Source: Eledone cirrhosa
Taxonomy: Eukaryota
Reading direction: 5' to 3'
Assembly: GCA_964016885.1 (NCBI GenBank)
Contig: OZ024746.1
Location: forward strand, 95,294,001-95,358,000
DNA length: 64,000 nucleotides
This document shows positions 26,145 through 39,466 of the stretch, piece by piece (within the stretch, counting starts at the first letter, position 1; each line of letters opens with the position of its first letter). The position numbers and the translations under genes were made by a program. Under the pieces are notes generated by a model. That model had not been told where the DNA came from, did not search any database, and saw only the letters and a program-made list of their open reading frames with translations.

Positions 26145-26745
26145 TTCTTCTCATCTTCTTCTTCTTTGCCCACTTATTCCTGAGAGGGTCATGGGGGCAG
26201 AGTCCTCAGACACTCCTTCCAGCAGGTCATGTCAGAAGCAACCATCTTCAAGTGATCCGGCTGGATCCCCAAGCGAGACCAACCGAGTTCATGGATGTTA
26301 TCCAACCATCTTGCATGGGATCTACCCCTGGGTCTCCTGCCAGTTGCTTTTGTCCAGTGATTCTTTCCTGAGACATTCTAACCACATGCCCATAGTATTG
26401 GAACTGTGACCTCTCAATTCAGAGAAGTAGCAGCTCTACCTGGAGTGATTCTCAGATGTCAGAGCTATGCACTCTATCGAGTAATGTTACTCCAGAGACC
26501 CTATGGAGGAACCCGTAGAGTCATGACCATAGGTAAGAGTTGACACGATTACCGAATTGAAGATAGCAAGTTTGGCTTGTACACCTACCTCCCTTCTGAT
26601 TACTGAAGCTAGTGCAGTTACTGCACCAACTCCTGCAATTTTTGCACTTAATTCAACCTCCTGCCTTCCACCATTCATGAACACAGCCCCGAGATACTTT
26701 AACTTCTTTACCTGCTTCAGTGGACCTCCATTTACAAGACATTAC
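26145..26745 (-). mobile_element. 3' fragment of a second RTE-like family with (GAA)n tail; shorter copies at about 10250-10525, 11120-11275, 11500-11845, 16790-17130, 55515-55710
   Basis: KLAIFNSVIVSTLTYG motif and a GRPR...WLDNI-like coding remnant; shared 3' end ggaataagtgggcaaagaagaag. Confidence 0.7.
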
Positions 26746-27405
26746 ATCTAAACAATTATGTCAGTTCCCTACTCTTAAATTTATCAACCTTGAGATGACG
26801 CTTTAGTTATGGACCCTAGAATTCATTTAGTGCTAATGCAAAAAAAAAAAAATGCACTTTGTACAGTCTGTGAAATGGTTGCTGCTTAGAAGGGCATCCA
26901 GCTATAAAAATAAATGACCAAACAAAGAGTTAAGAGGACCTTTCAGTTGTGTCAAGAACAGGTCAATCTCCTGTGTGCTGGTGTCATGAAAAAACCCCTC
27001 ACCCAGTATACTGTTTATAGTTGTTTATGCTAGGAAGTGCATCCAATCATAGAAAGCTTGCCAAACATAGGACTGAGAGGAATCTTCAGTTGTGTCAAAG
27101 GCACAACAACCTTCCTAGTGCTGGTGTACACCCAGTGTACTTTGTAAAATGTAGGAACATTTGTGAGATGAAGCCTGTGAGAACATTGGCTCTAATTGAG
27201 TTCTAATTCAAACTGTAACAATCCATCGAATCTATGCTAACATGGAAAAATGGACATTGAATTTTGATGATGATGTTGATGAAAGAATGAAAAGTAAAAT
27301 TGACTTTGGCAGGATTTGAACTCATAGCACTGAGAACTGACATTTTTCCAACACTCTAATGACTGATTCATCACCTTATTTGCTGTTTGTTTTTCTTAAT
27401 TTCAG

Positions 27406-27468
27406 AACTTGATTTAGAAACATATGAGTCTAGATATTTAAAAGAAGAACCTTTGCAAGAAAGTACAG
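27406..27468 (+). CDS. MyD88: MyD88 exon 2 (63 nt; end of death domain/intermediate domain, QLDLETYESRYLKEEPLQEST)
   Basis: Acceptor tttttcttaatttcAG, donor AG|GTATGT, phase 1-1, open in frame with exon 1. The EPLQ motif resembles KPLQ of the vertebrate intermediate domain. Confidence 0.85.
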
Positions 27469-28257
27469 GTATGTAAAGAATAAAAATCATTTACTTCTTT
27501 TAAATCACTTATAATGTTGGTAACAGGTTTCTAACAGGCTAATCACTGGTTCACTATATTTAAGTTGGCTTGAGTGGGGGGGAAGACATGGGCTCTGTAA
27601 ACCACAGGGAAAGCCACCTGTCTAGAAGGACAGTTACTTGAAATAGATAACATTACACAGGGTAAACTTGGGTTCTGTAAACTGTAGCAAAGGCAACCCA
27701 TCTAGGAAAGCAATTACTCTGAATAAATACGACTGCATGGAGATGTGGGCTCTGTAAGCCATGGGGAAGGCAGCCCATCTAGGAGGGCAGTTACTCCAAA
27801 TAAATAAGACAGTATGGGGCAGGCATGGGTTCTGTAAGCCATAGCAAAGACAACCTTTCTGGTGAGCAATCCCTCTGAATAAAATCTAGTACAGTGTATA
27901 GAGGACCCCTAAGTCTTGTTGGACAACCTCCCTGGTAGTGGTGGCATAATAAAATATACCCAGTCCAGTCCATGCTATAAAGTGGTTGGAGATCAGAAAA
28001 ACCCACCAATAATTATGAAATCATCAACATGTCCACAGAACAAATGAAAATAAAAGGATGATGATGATGAGGATAATTGACAAGGGAGTGTTTGTGCAAT
28101 TTGGGCAGAACAGATACCATAAAGGTTCCAAGGCATAAAGGTTGAATGGCTCTTTCAGCGTGTCTCCCTCACCATCCTCTAGAGAAATGCCTTCTTTATT
28201 CTGTCTGCAAGGGCTGCGGGTCAGCCACCGTGTGAGCCCACATTTGCTAATAATAGT

Positions 28258-28833
28258 GAGAGAGCAGGAGAGATGGAGGCAGTGGCAGTGGGAGTGTGGT
28301 TCCACTCGGACCTGGTGTATATGAGAGATGGGGGGGAGCAGGAGAGATGGAGGCAGTGGGAGTGTGGTTCCACTCAGTCCTGGTGTATATGAGAGATGGG
28401 GGGAGCAGGAGAGATGGAGGCAGTGGGAGTGGGAGTGTGGCTCCACTCGGACCTGGTGTATATGAGAGATGGGGGGGAGCAGGAGAGATGGAGGCAGTGG
28501 CAGTGGGAGTGTGGCTCCACTCGGACCTGGTGTATATGAGAGATGGGGGGGGAGCAGGAGAGCAGGAGGCAGTGGGAGTGGGAGTGTGGCTCCACTCGGA
28601 CCTGGTGTATATGAGAGATGGGGGGAGCAGGAGAGATGGAGGCAGTGGCAGTGGGAGTGTGGTTCCACTCGGACCTGGTGTATATGAGAGATGGGGGGGA
28701 GCAGGAGAGATGGAGGCAGTGGCAGTGGGAGTGTGGTTCCACTCGGACCTGGTGTATATGAGAGATGGGGGGGAGCAGGAGAGATGGAGGCAGTGGCAGT
28801 GGGAGTGTGGTTCCACTCGGACCTGGTGTATAT
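28258..28833. repeat. G-rich 73-75-bp minisatellite, about 8 copies (MyD88 intron 2)
   Basis: Unit atgagagatG(6-9)agcaggagagatggaggcagtggcagtgggagtgtggttccactcggacctggtgtat. Confidence 0.95.
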
Positions 28834-29715
28834 GTTTCATGGACACACATTTGCACAACATTTTGATTACTACTATACTTATAAAACTTATTCAAGGAAG
28901 TAGTTATATGGTATTTATTTAGAAATGTTAGTAAAGCTTCGATATTCTTCCTATATTTACTTTAGTTTAGCTTCCTGGTGCACTAAATCTCTTCTTATAA
29001 AGTCTTCAGATTAAAAGATATTTTATTAACATATTGTAATGTGGTCGTGTAGGTAACACGGTAAAAAGCTCCCGGTCCACACTGTAAATGTGGTTGGTGT
29101 TAGGAAGGGCATCCTACCGTAGAAAACCTGCCAGATAGTCCTATACGAGCGAGACACGGTCACCCAACCAATCTTACCTCAAATGGGACAATTCCTGTCT
29201 AACCCATGTTAGCGTGGAAGATAGACGTTAAACGATGATGATGATCATGATTCCTGTTTATATATTTATATTTTTTAAAATCTATTTTAATTAATGAAGA
29301 ATTTTGAGGGCTTTACTAAAAATATTTCGTTACTAAGATAGTAACTCAATATAAGGTTCTTATATAAAATTATGTTGGAAGATTTTCATTTAAATTAGAA
29401 ACCTTTAATACTTTCATGACCATATTTCTAATGAAATACACCCTATTTTACTTAATTAATGAAGAATTTTGAGGTATTTACTAAAATTAATTATTATTTC
29501 ATTACTACGATAGTAACTTAATGTAAGGTTCTTATATAAAATATGTTGCAAGATTTTAATTTAAATTGGAAACCTTTAAGATAGGTGGTTTTATTTCATA
29601 AAAAAAGAGCCGGTTTTGGACGGGTTGGTAACTAAAGTGTTAATGTTCATTGTTAAGTAACTAAAAACATCCTTCCATACTTAAGAAACAATGAATTTTA
29701 TTTTTCTCTCTACAG

Positions 29716-29784
29716 TGTCTCAAAGCAAGATAAAGGCTGATGATATGAATGTCAAAGAAACAGATGTCATAACTACAGATGATG
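29716..29784 (+). CDS. MyD88: MyD88 exon 3 (69 nt; intermediate domain, VSQSKIKADDMNVKETDVITTDD)
   Basis: Acceptor tttttctctctacAG, donor G|GTAAGA, phase 1-1. ITTDD resembles the ITTLDD motif that precedes the MyD88 TIR domain. Confidence 0.87.
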
Positions 29785-30089
29785 GTAAGATATACTATTA
29801 ACCTTCTCTACATATTGAGTACCTAAGAACCATGATAAAATGCACTCAATACACTCGGTTATGTGGTAGTACTAGTGCCACAATAAAATTCATCCAGTTC
29901 ACTCCTGCTGTAATGTGGTTGGCATCAGGGAGGGCTTCCATTAATAAAAGCCATGCCTAACATGGGGTGTATAGGCAACATGTGGTTCCTTAACCAGAAA
30001 TATAGTTTAACATTCTCATTATTAAGTTTGTATTTGAAACAACTTAAACAAAAGTTATGACAAATTTATAATGGAAGGTTTTTAAATTT

Positions 30090-30460
30090 TCAAAAAGGGA
30101 GACAAGAGAGATTGCTCCAATTAGAGAAGGATCTCCTTGTTAAGCCTCCCCAGATAAGTCTATGCTAAGTGTCTGGCAAAAAGATGCAGGGAGATTGTTG
30201 AATCCAAGCTAGTTGATGAACAGTGTGGTTTTCTACCCAGGATGTAGCACAGCCAACCAAATATTCACACTGTGGCAGGTCTTTGAGAAATCACAGGAGT
30301 ATTGCCAAGAGGTGTATCCTTGCTTAATAGACCTAAAAAGGTACATATCCACATTTTACAGAATCTGTTGTGGAAGATTCTGCAGGAGTATGGGATTGAT
30401 GGTCAGCTTCTTGTTGATCTGATGTCTCTATACAAATGCCCAAGTATTTCTGTTCACCAA
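30090..30460 (+). mobile_element. RTE RT fragment in MyD88 intron 3
   Basis: Decayed KKGDKRDCSN..ISLLSLP, STANQIFTL and LWKILQEYGIDGQL motifs. Confidence 0.7.
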
Positions 30461-30722
30461 GGGTGTATATTGTCTCTATTTTCATGGTAAAGGCTTTACC
30501 TCACATAATTATCTCGCATAATATCGAATCTAGGAGATTTTGATATTATTTATTTTGAGAACAATACGTTAACATCAGTATGAGCAGCCAGTTACAACTG
30601 GTTTGAACAGAAAGAATTGAGAGAATTCTGGCTGGATATGGCCGGTTTAAATGCTAAAGGGTTAATGTAAATTCTAAATACTTAAAACCAAGGTGAAATA
30701 TTTCTTCTTTTGTTATTTTCAG

Positions 30723-30909
30723 TTATCTCTGGTACCACAACTTATTATGATGCCTTTGTTTGTTATGCCAAAAATGATTTATATTTTGTTCAGCAAATGA
30801 TTGTTAAACTAGAATCTGCTCCTCATAATTTAAAACTCTGTATTGTTGATCGAGATGTTATACCAGGATCTTCAAAGCACACTATAAATGCTAAGTTAAT
30901 TGAAGACAG
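30723..30909 (+). CDS. MyD88: MyD88 exon 4 (TIR box 1 and BB loop)
   Basis: YDAFVCY (box 1) and LKLCIVDRDVIPG (box 2/BB loop). Acceptor ttttcAG, donor AG|GTAAGT, phase 1-2. Confidence 0.95.
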
Positions 30910-32257
30910 GTAAGTAACATTGTATTTTCCTTAAAGTTTTTGCATTTTTTTTACTGAGTCTTTTTTTTCTTTTCCCAGCCCACACTGTAAAGTGGTTGTG
31001 TAGGTGACATGACAAAAAGTGCCCAGTCTACACTGTAAAGTGTTTGTGTAGGTGTCACAACAAAAAGTACCCAGTCTACACTGTAGAGTGTTCATGTAGG
31101 TGTCACAACAAAAAGCACCCAGTCTACATAGGTGATGATTCTCAGTGGGTCCATATCAAAACTGTTAAGGCTCTAAAGCTGGGATTAGCCGTGTGAATCC
31201 AATCACTGTCATCATAATCATTATGAGATCCTTTTTGAAGCAATTTTTTTATAGTCATATACCCTTCCTCATATCAACCATGACACACAAGGATGCAGTG
31301 CACCTATGATAAACCAGATATAGTCATTATTAATGTAAGGCAATGGATTGGCAGAACCAATAGAGCATCGAACACCATATTTCACGAGCCCTTTACGTTC
31401 TGAGTTCAAATCCCACCGAGGTTAACTTTGCGTGTCTTCCTTACGGGGTCGATAAAATAAAGTACCAGTAATACACTGGGGTAATTGCTGGCCTTGTGCT
31501 AAAAGTAGAAACAATTATCAATGTAAGGCAATAGATTGACAGAATCAGTAGAGTATCGAACACTATGCTTCGCGAGTCCTTTATGTTCTGAGTTCAAATC
31601 CTGCTGAGGTTAACTTTGCTTTTCATCCTTACGGAGTCGATAAAATAAAGTACCAGTAATACTGCGGTCGATTTAATTGACTTTCCCCTCCTCCAAATTA
31701 CTGGCCTCATGCCTAAAGTAGAAACAATTATGTAAGGCAATACTAGTACTAGACTAACTTCCTCGCAGTAGGCCTGTCTCTTCTCATAACAGTTCCACCT
31801 ATAAAATCCCCGGCCAAATTTACAGTCCCGTCAGAGCAAGGTACGGCGTGGCCAATTCTGGCCAGACTTGTTTCCCGACATAGACGATCCAAGAGGTCAG
31901 TTGCTGTACAACACATAGCTCAGTCCGGGAATCAAACTCACAACCTCTCGATTGTAAGCCCAATGCTCTAACCATTTATACACAATATATACACAAACAT
32001 ACACATACACAAACATATACACATACATACATAAACATATATGCATATATACATGCACAAATATATATGTTTACATACATACACAAACATACACATGCAT
32101 ACATGCACAAACATATACACATATATTCATAAACAAACAAACATACATACACACACAAACATATACAAACATACATGTGTATATATGTATGTATTGCTAT
32201 AATACACACCTGTGAACCAGGTGAAAATAATCTGATGTTATTTTATTCTCTCCATAG

Positions 32258-32349
32258 GTGCAAGAGAATAATTGCCATTCTCTCCTCAAATTTCCTCAAA
32301 AGTAATGAATGTGATTTCCAAATAAAGTTTGCACACAGCTTATCTCCAG
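32258..32349 (+). CDS. MyD88: MyD88 exon 5 (TIR, 92 nt)
   Basis: RCKRIIAILSSNFLKSNECDFQIKFAHSLSPG resembles MyD88 [32 protein letters not shown]. Acceptor ccatAG, donor G|GTAAGT, phase 2-1. Confidence 0.95.
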
Positions 32350-32369
32350 GTAAGTATTTGTTATTTACA

Positions 32370-33805
32370 TTTAGTATTTTATAATATTTAGTATCTTATA
32401 ATATTTAGTATTTTATAATATTTAGTATCTTATAATATTTAGTATTTTATAATATTTAGTATTTTATATTTAGTATCTTATAATATTTAGTATTTTATAA
32501 TATTTAGTATTTTATAATATTTAGTATTTTATATTTAGTATCTTATAATATTTAGTATTTTATAATATTTAGTATTTTATAATATTTAGTATCTTATAAT
32601 ATTTAGTATTTTATAATATTTAGTATTTTATAATATTTAGTATTTTATATTTAGTATCTTATATTTAGTATTTTATAATATTTAGTATTTTATAATATTT
32701 AGTATCTTATAATATTTAGTATTTTATAATATTTAGTATTTTATAATATTTAGTATTTTATAATATTTAGTATCTTATAATATTTAGTATTTTATAATAT
32801 TTAGTATTTTATAATATTTAGTATCTTATAATATTTAGTATTTTATAATATTTAGTATTTTATAATATTTAGTATTTTATAATATTTAGTATCTTATAAT
32901 ATTTAGTATTTTATAATATTTAGTATTTTATAATATTTAGTATTTTATAATATTTAGTATCTTATAATATTTAGTATTTTATAATATTTAGTATCATATA
33001 ATATTTAGTATTTTATATTTAGTATCTTATATTTAGTATTTTATAATATTTAGTATTTTATAATATTTAGTATCTTATAATATTTAGTATTTATAATATT
33101 TAGTATTTTATAATATTTAGTATTTTATAATATTTAGTATTTTATAATATTTAGTATCTTATAATATTTAGTATTTTATAATATTTAGTATTTATAATAT
33201 TTAGTATTTTATAATATTTAGTATTTTATATTTAGTATCTTATAATATTTAGTATTTTATAATATTTAGTATTTTATAATTAGTATTTTATAATATTTAG
33301 TATCTTATAATATTTAGTATTTTATAATATTTAGTATCTTATAATATTTAGTATTTTATAATATTTAGTATTTTATAATATTTAGTATTTTATAATATTT
33401 AGTATCTTATAATATTTAGTATTTTATAATATTTAGTATTTTATAATATTTAGTATTTTATATTTAGTATTTTATATTTAGTATTTTATAATATTTCGTA
33501 TTTTATAATATTTAGTATCTTATAATATTTAGTATTTTATAATATTTAGTATTTTATAATATTTAGTATTTTATAATATTTAGTATTTTATAATATTTAG
33601 TATTTTAAATATTTAGTATCTTATAATATTTAGTATCTTATATTTAATATTTTATAATATTTAGTATCTTATATTTAGTATCTTATATTTAGTATCTTAT
33701 AATATTTAGTATTTTATAATATTTAGTATCTTATAATATTTAGTATCTTATATTTAGTATTTTATAATATTTAGTATTTTATAATATTTAGTATTTTATA
33801 ATATT
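32370..33805. repeat. 17-bp AT-rich satellite (tttagtatYttataata, with 14-bp variants), about 85 copies
   Basis: Direct inspection of periodicity. Confidence 0.97.
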
Positions 33806-36800
33806 ACAACAGTATTACAGTTTAACAACACAGACAATAGTCACAACACTATTACAGTTTAACAACACAGACAATAGTCACAACACTATTACAGTTTAAC
33901 AACACAGACAATAGTCACAACACTATTACAGTTTAACAACACAGACAATAGTCACAACAGTATTATAGTTTAACAACACAGACAATAGTCACAACACTAT
34001 TACAGTTTAACAACACAGACAATAGTCACAACACTATTACAGTTTAACAACACAGACAATAGTCACAACACTATTACAGTTTAACAACACAGACAATAGT
34101 CACAACACTATTACAGTTTAACAACACAGACAATAGTCACAACACTATTACAGTTTAACAACACAAACAATAGTCACAACAGTATTACAGTTTAACAACA
34201 CAGACAATAGTCACAACAGTATTACAGTTTAACAACACAAACAATAGTCACAACAGTATTACAGTTTAACAACACAAACAATAGTCACAACAGTATTACA
34301 GTTTAACAACACAGACAATAGTCACAACACTATTACAGTTTAACAACACAAACAATAGTCACAACACTATTACAGTTTAACAACACAGACAATAGTCACA
34401 ACACTATTACAGTTTAACAACACAAACAATAGTCACAACAGTATTACAGTTTAACAACACAGACAATAGTCACAACACTATTACAGTTTAACAACACAAA
34501 CAATAGTCACAACACTATTACAGTTTAACAACACAAACAATAGTCACAACAGTATTACAGTTTAACAACACAGACAATAGTCACAACACTATTACAGTTT
34601 AACAACACAAACAATAGTCACAACAGTATTACAGTTTAACAACACAGACAATAGTCACAACACTATTACAGTTTAACAACACAAACAATAGTCACAACAC
34701 TATTACAGTTTAACAACACAAACAATAGTCACAACATTATTACAGTTTAACAACACAAACAATAGTCACAACACTATTACAGTTTAACAACACAAACAAT
34801 AGTCACAACACTATTACAGTTTAACAACACAGACAATAGTCACAACACTATTACAGTTTAACAACACAGACAATAGTCACAACACTATTACAGTTTAACA
34901 ACACAGACAATAGTCACAACAGTATTACAGTTTAACAACACAGACAATAGTCACAACACTATTACAGTTTAACAACACAAACAATAGTCACAACACTATT
35001 ACAGTTTAACAACACAAACAATAGTCACAACACTATTACAGTTTAACAACACAAACAATAGTCACAACACTATTACAGGTTAACAACACAGACAATAGTC
35101 ACAACACTATTACAGTTTAACAACACAGACAATAGTCACAACACTATTACAGTTTAACAACACAGACAATAGTCACAACACTATTACAGTTTAACAACAC
35201 AGACAATAGTCACAACACTATTACAGTTTAACAACACAAACAATAGTCACAACAGTATTACAGTTTAACAACACAAACAATAGTCACAACACTATTACAG
35301 TTTAACAACACAAACAATAGTCACAACACTATTACAGTTTAACAACACAAACAATAGTCACAACACTATTACAGTTTAACAACACAAACAATAGTCACAA
35401 CACTATTACAGTTTAACAACACAAACAATAGTCACAACACTATTACAGTTTAACAACACAGACAATAATCACAACACTATTACAGTTTAACAACACAAAC
35501 AATAGTCACAACAGTATTACAGTTTAACAACACAGACAATAGTCACAACACTATTACAGTTTAACAACACAAACAATAGTCACAACAGTATTACAGTTTA
35601 ACAACACAAACAATAGTCACAACAGTATTACAGTTTAACAACACAAACAATAGTCACAACAGTATTACAGTTTAACAACACAGACAATAGTCACAACAGT
35701 ATTACAGTTTAACAACACAGACAATAGTTACAACAGTATTACAGTTTAACAACACAAACAATAGTCACAACACTATTACAGTTTAACAACACAAACAATA
35801 GTCACAACAGTATTACAGTTTAACAACACAAACAATAGTCACAACACTATTACAGTTTAACAACACAAACAATAGTCACAACACTATTACAGTTTAACAA
35901 CACAAACAATAGTCACAACACTATTACAGTTTAACAACACAGACAATAGTCACAACACTATTACAGTTTAACAACACAAACAATAGTCACAACAGTATTA
36001 CAGTTTAACAACACAAACAATAGTCACAACACTATTACAGTTTAACAACACAAACAATAGTCACAACAGTATTACAGTTTAACAACACAAACAATAGTCA
36101 CAACACTATTACAGTTTAACAACACAAACAATAGTCACAACAGTATTACAGTTTAACAACACAAACAATAGTCACAACACTATTACAGTTTAACAACACA
36201 GACAATAGTCACAACAGTATTACAGTTTAACAACACAAACAATAGTCACAACACTATTACAGTTTAACAACACAAACAATAGTCACAACAGTATTACAGT
36301 TTAACAACACAAACAATAGTCACAACACTATTACAGTTTAACAACACAAACAATAGTCACAACAGTATTACAGTTTAACAACACAAACAATAGTCACAAC
36401 ACTATTACAGGTTAACAACACAAACAATAGTCACAACACTATTACAGTTTAACAACACAAACAATAGTCACAACAGTATTACAGTTTAACAACACAAACA
36501 ATAGTCACAACACTATTACAGTTTAACAACACAGACAATAGTCACAACAGTATTACAGTTTAACAACACAAACAATAGTCACAACACTATTACAGTTTAA
36601 CAACACAAACAATAGTCACAACACTATTACAGTTTAACAACACAGACAATAGTCACAACACTATTACAGTTTAACAACACAGACAATAGTCACAACAGTA
36701 TTACAGTTTAACAACACAGACAATAGTCACAACACTATTACAGTTTAACAACACAAACAATAGTCACAACACTATTACAGTTTAACAACACAAACAATAG

Positions 36801-37610
36801 TCACAACACTATTACAGTTTAACAACACAAACAATAGTCACAACACTATTACAGTTTAACAACACAGACAATAGTCACAACACTATTACAGTTTAACAAC
36901 ACAAACAATAGTCACAACACTATTACAGTTTAACAACACAAACAATAGTCACAACACTATTACAGTTTAACAACACAAACAATAGTCACAACACTATTAC
37001 AGTTTAACAACACAGACAATAGTCACAACACTATTACAGTTTAACAACACAAACAATAGTCACAACACTATTACAGTTTAACAACACAAACAATAGTCAC
37101 AACACTATTACAGTTTAACAACACAGACAATAGTCACAACACTATTACAGTTTAACAACACAAACAATAGTCACAACACTATTACAGTTTAACAACACAG
37201 ACAATAGTCACAACACTATTACAGTTTAACAACACAGACAATAGTCACAACACTATTACAGTTTAACAACACAAACAATAGTCACAACACTATTACAGTT
37301 TAACAACACAAACAATAGTCACAACACTATTACAGTTTAACAACACAAACAATAGTCACAACACTATTACAGTTTAACAACACAGACAATAGTCACAACA
37401 TTATTACAGTTTAACAACACAAACAATAGTCACAACACTATTACAGTTTAACAACACAGACAATAGTCACAACACTATTACAGTTTAACAACACAAACAA
37501 TAGTCACAACACTATTACAGTTTAACAACACAGACAATAGTCACAACACTATTACAGTTTAACAACACAAACAATAGTCACAACACTATTACAGTTTAAC
37601 AACACAAACA
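33806..37610. repeat. 37-bp satellite (acaacaStattacagtttaacaacacaRacaatagtc), about 103 copies
   Basis: Direct inspection; two dimorphic positions. Confidence 0.97.
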
Positions 37611-37655
37611 GCTACTATAGTGACATTAGTTTAATTTTCCTTTATATTTGTTTAG

Positions 37656-37915
37656 GTTCTCGTCAGAAGAAGCTGATTCCTCTCATCATTGAACATTGCA
37701 CTATGTATCCAAAGATTTTATATCAAATAACGCCATGTGATTTCACCAAGGGAGATATGCATGAATGGGCTTGGAAACGACTGGCTGCTGCTATCAAAGC
37801 TCCTTTTGACTTTTCTGATTACAGTTCTAATGACAGTCAATTGACAAAGCTAACTCTCAGGTTACCATTATCTCGTTCCCTTTCACAGAATGGTAAAAAG
37901 GAAGCGACAGCGTGA
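37656..37915 (+). CDS. MyD88: MyD88 exon 6 (TIR C-terminus plus C-terminal extension, TGA stop)
   Basis: Acceptor tttgtttAG. SRQKKLIPLII...YPKILYQITPCDFT...WAWKRLA is in frame with the listed ORF 37703..37915. The joined CDS is 1032 nt with no internal stop. Confidence 0.94.
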
Positions 37916-38422
37916 AGAATAATGTTATCATTATCTCATTCCTTTTCCCAGAAAAGTAAAACTGAAGTGACAACATGAAGACTCCATGTTGAATCTTTCA
38001 TATTTTTTATTTTTTAACACTACTGGATTTCGATTCATTGAATCTCTGACTGCTATTAGCTGATTTTTTCCTGTACATATATAATAGGCTAATAGTTTGG
38101 AAATTTCATCTAAAAATCTCATCTAGAAGAAATCATATGGAAATCTGATCTGGAAGAACTCATCTACAAATCTCTCCTGGAAGAACATATCTCAGAAAAT
38201 ATCATTCATATTTTCTTTGTTGCTGAAAACTTATACTAACTTAAGTTTTAAAATTTTTGTTTCTAGACATCATTTTTATACATCAAATGCAAACATGGCT
38301 ATATTGTTAAAGAATTCACTTTGCTTCCATGTGATTTTGCATTTACTTCTACTTTGTGGCACCTTCAGCAAATGTGTTTTAGGTTGATGAACGTCTTGTG
38401 AAGACTTCATAATTTTTTTTAG

Positions 38423-38428
38423 AATAAA
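38423..38428 (+). terminator. Candidate MyD88 polyadenylation signal AATAAA (alternative at 39106..39111)
   Basis: AATAAA about 500 nt after the stop codon. The AT-rich context makes chance occurrence likely. Confidence 0.3.
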
Positions 38429-38875
38429 ATATAAATGTTTTTAAATATAAACCAGAAGTAATAAGATATAGGGGATTGTATTACTACAAGTGTTTTAACC
38501 CTTTAGCATTTAAACCGGCCGTATCTTTCTGTTCAAACCGACCATAACTGTATGTTCATACTTATATTAAGGTATTGTTCTCAAAATAAATAATATAAAA
38601 ATCTTGTAGATTCGATATTGTTTGAGATAATTATGTGAGGTAAAACCTTTATCATGAAAATACAATAGTAAATATAGAGTAATATAAATGCTAAAGGGTT
38701 ACAGTAATTTTATAAGTCATATAACATGTTGCATGCTAATCATAGACTCCTTTTTGTATGACTCAATGCCCTTCCTGGTGCCAACTCTTTTAGTTACTTT
38801 TTACACTCTTACAATGTGCAAGGATATAATGTGTAACTATTCTAAACTGAGTACACAATGTATTATAGGGCTTAA

Positions 38876-39083
38876 CCCTTTAGCATTCAAACCGGCTGTA
38901 TCCAGCCAGAAATGTCTCACCTCTTTCTGTTCAAATCGGCTGTAACTGGCCACTCATACTGATGTTAATGTATTGTTCTCAAGATAAATAACATCAAAAT
39001 CTCATAGATTCGATATTATGCAAGATAAAATGTTTACTACCAAAATACTATAGTATATATAGAGTAATGTGAATGCTAAAGGG
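38876..39083. mobile_element. piggyBac-type MITE of about 200-220 bp. Other copies: 12944-13163, 15841-16045, 22747-22944, 38499-38698, 49471-49691, 63400-63619; partial at about 8680-8855, 16345-16540, 21230-21410, 30465-30661, 47480-47701
   Basis: TTAA|ccctttagcatt ... aatgctaaaggg|TTAA termini, i.e. TTAA TSD and CCC...GGG TIRs. Confidence 0.85.
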
Positions 39084-39289
39084 TTAATTTGTATTTTATT
39101 TCTTGAATAAAATGAAATGCAAGGCTGTTTCCATCTACAATTTCAGCTAGCATTACTCATGTGTGTGTGTGTGTGCGTGTGACAACATACATTCATCAAA
39201 CTTTACAAAACTTCACTCCACTGTCACTACTGAATAATACTAATATTGTTGCCTGAAAATGCAGGCAAATACGCTATACATATATATAA

Positions 39290-39466
39290 CCTGTTCGCTT
39301 GAGTGCCCAATTCAATATAATATTAAGATCTGTTCACTTGAGTGCCCAATTCAATATAATATTAAGATCTGTTCACTTGAGTGCCCAATTCAATATAATA
39401 TTAAGATCTGTTCACTTGAGTGCCCAATTCAATATAATATTAAGATCTGTTCACTTGAGTGCCCAA
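39290..39466. repeat. 39-bp tandem repeat, about 4.5 copies
   Basis: Unit ctgttcacttgagtgcccaattcaatataatattaagat. Confidence 0.93.

Noticed and set aside
28024-28922. Pro-rich and Gly-rich ORFs on both strands
   Set aside because: Translations of the 74-bp minisatellite.
33806-37610. 37-bp repeat of CRISPR-repeat length
   Set aside because: No spacers; it is a pure tandem satellite inside an intron.
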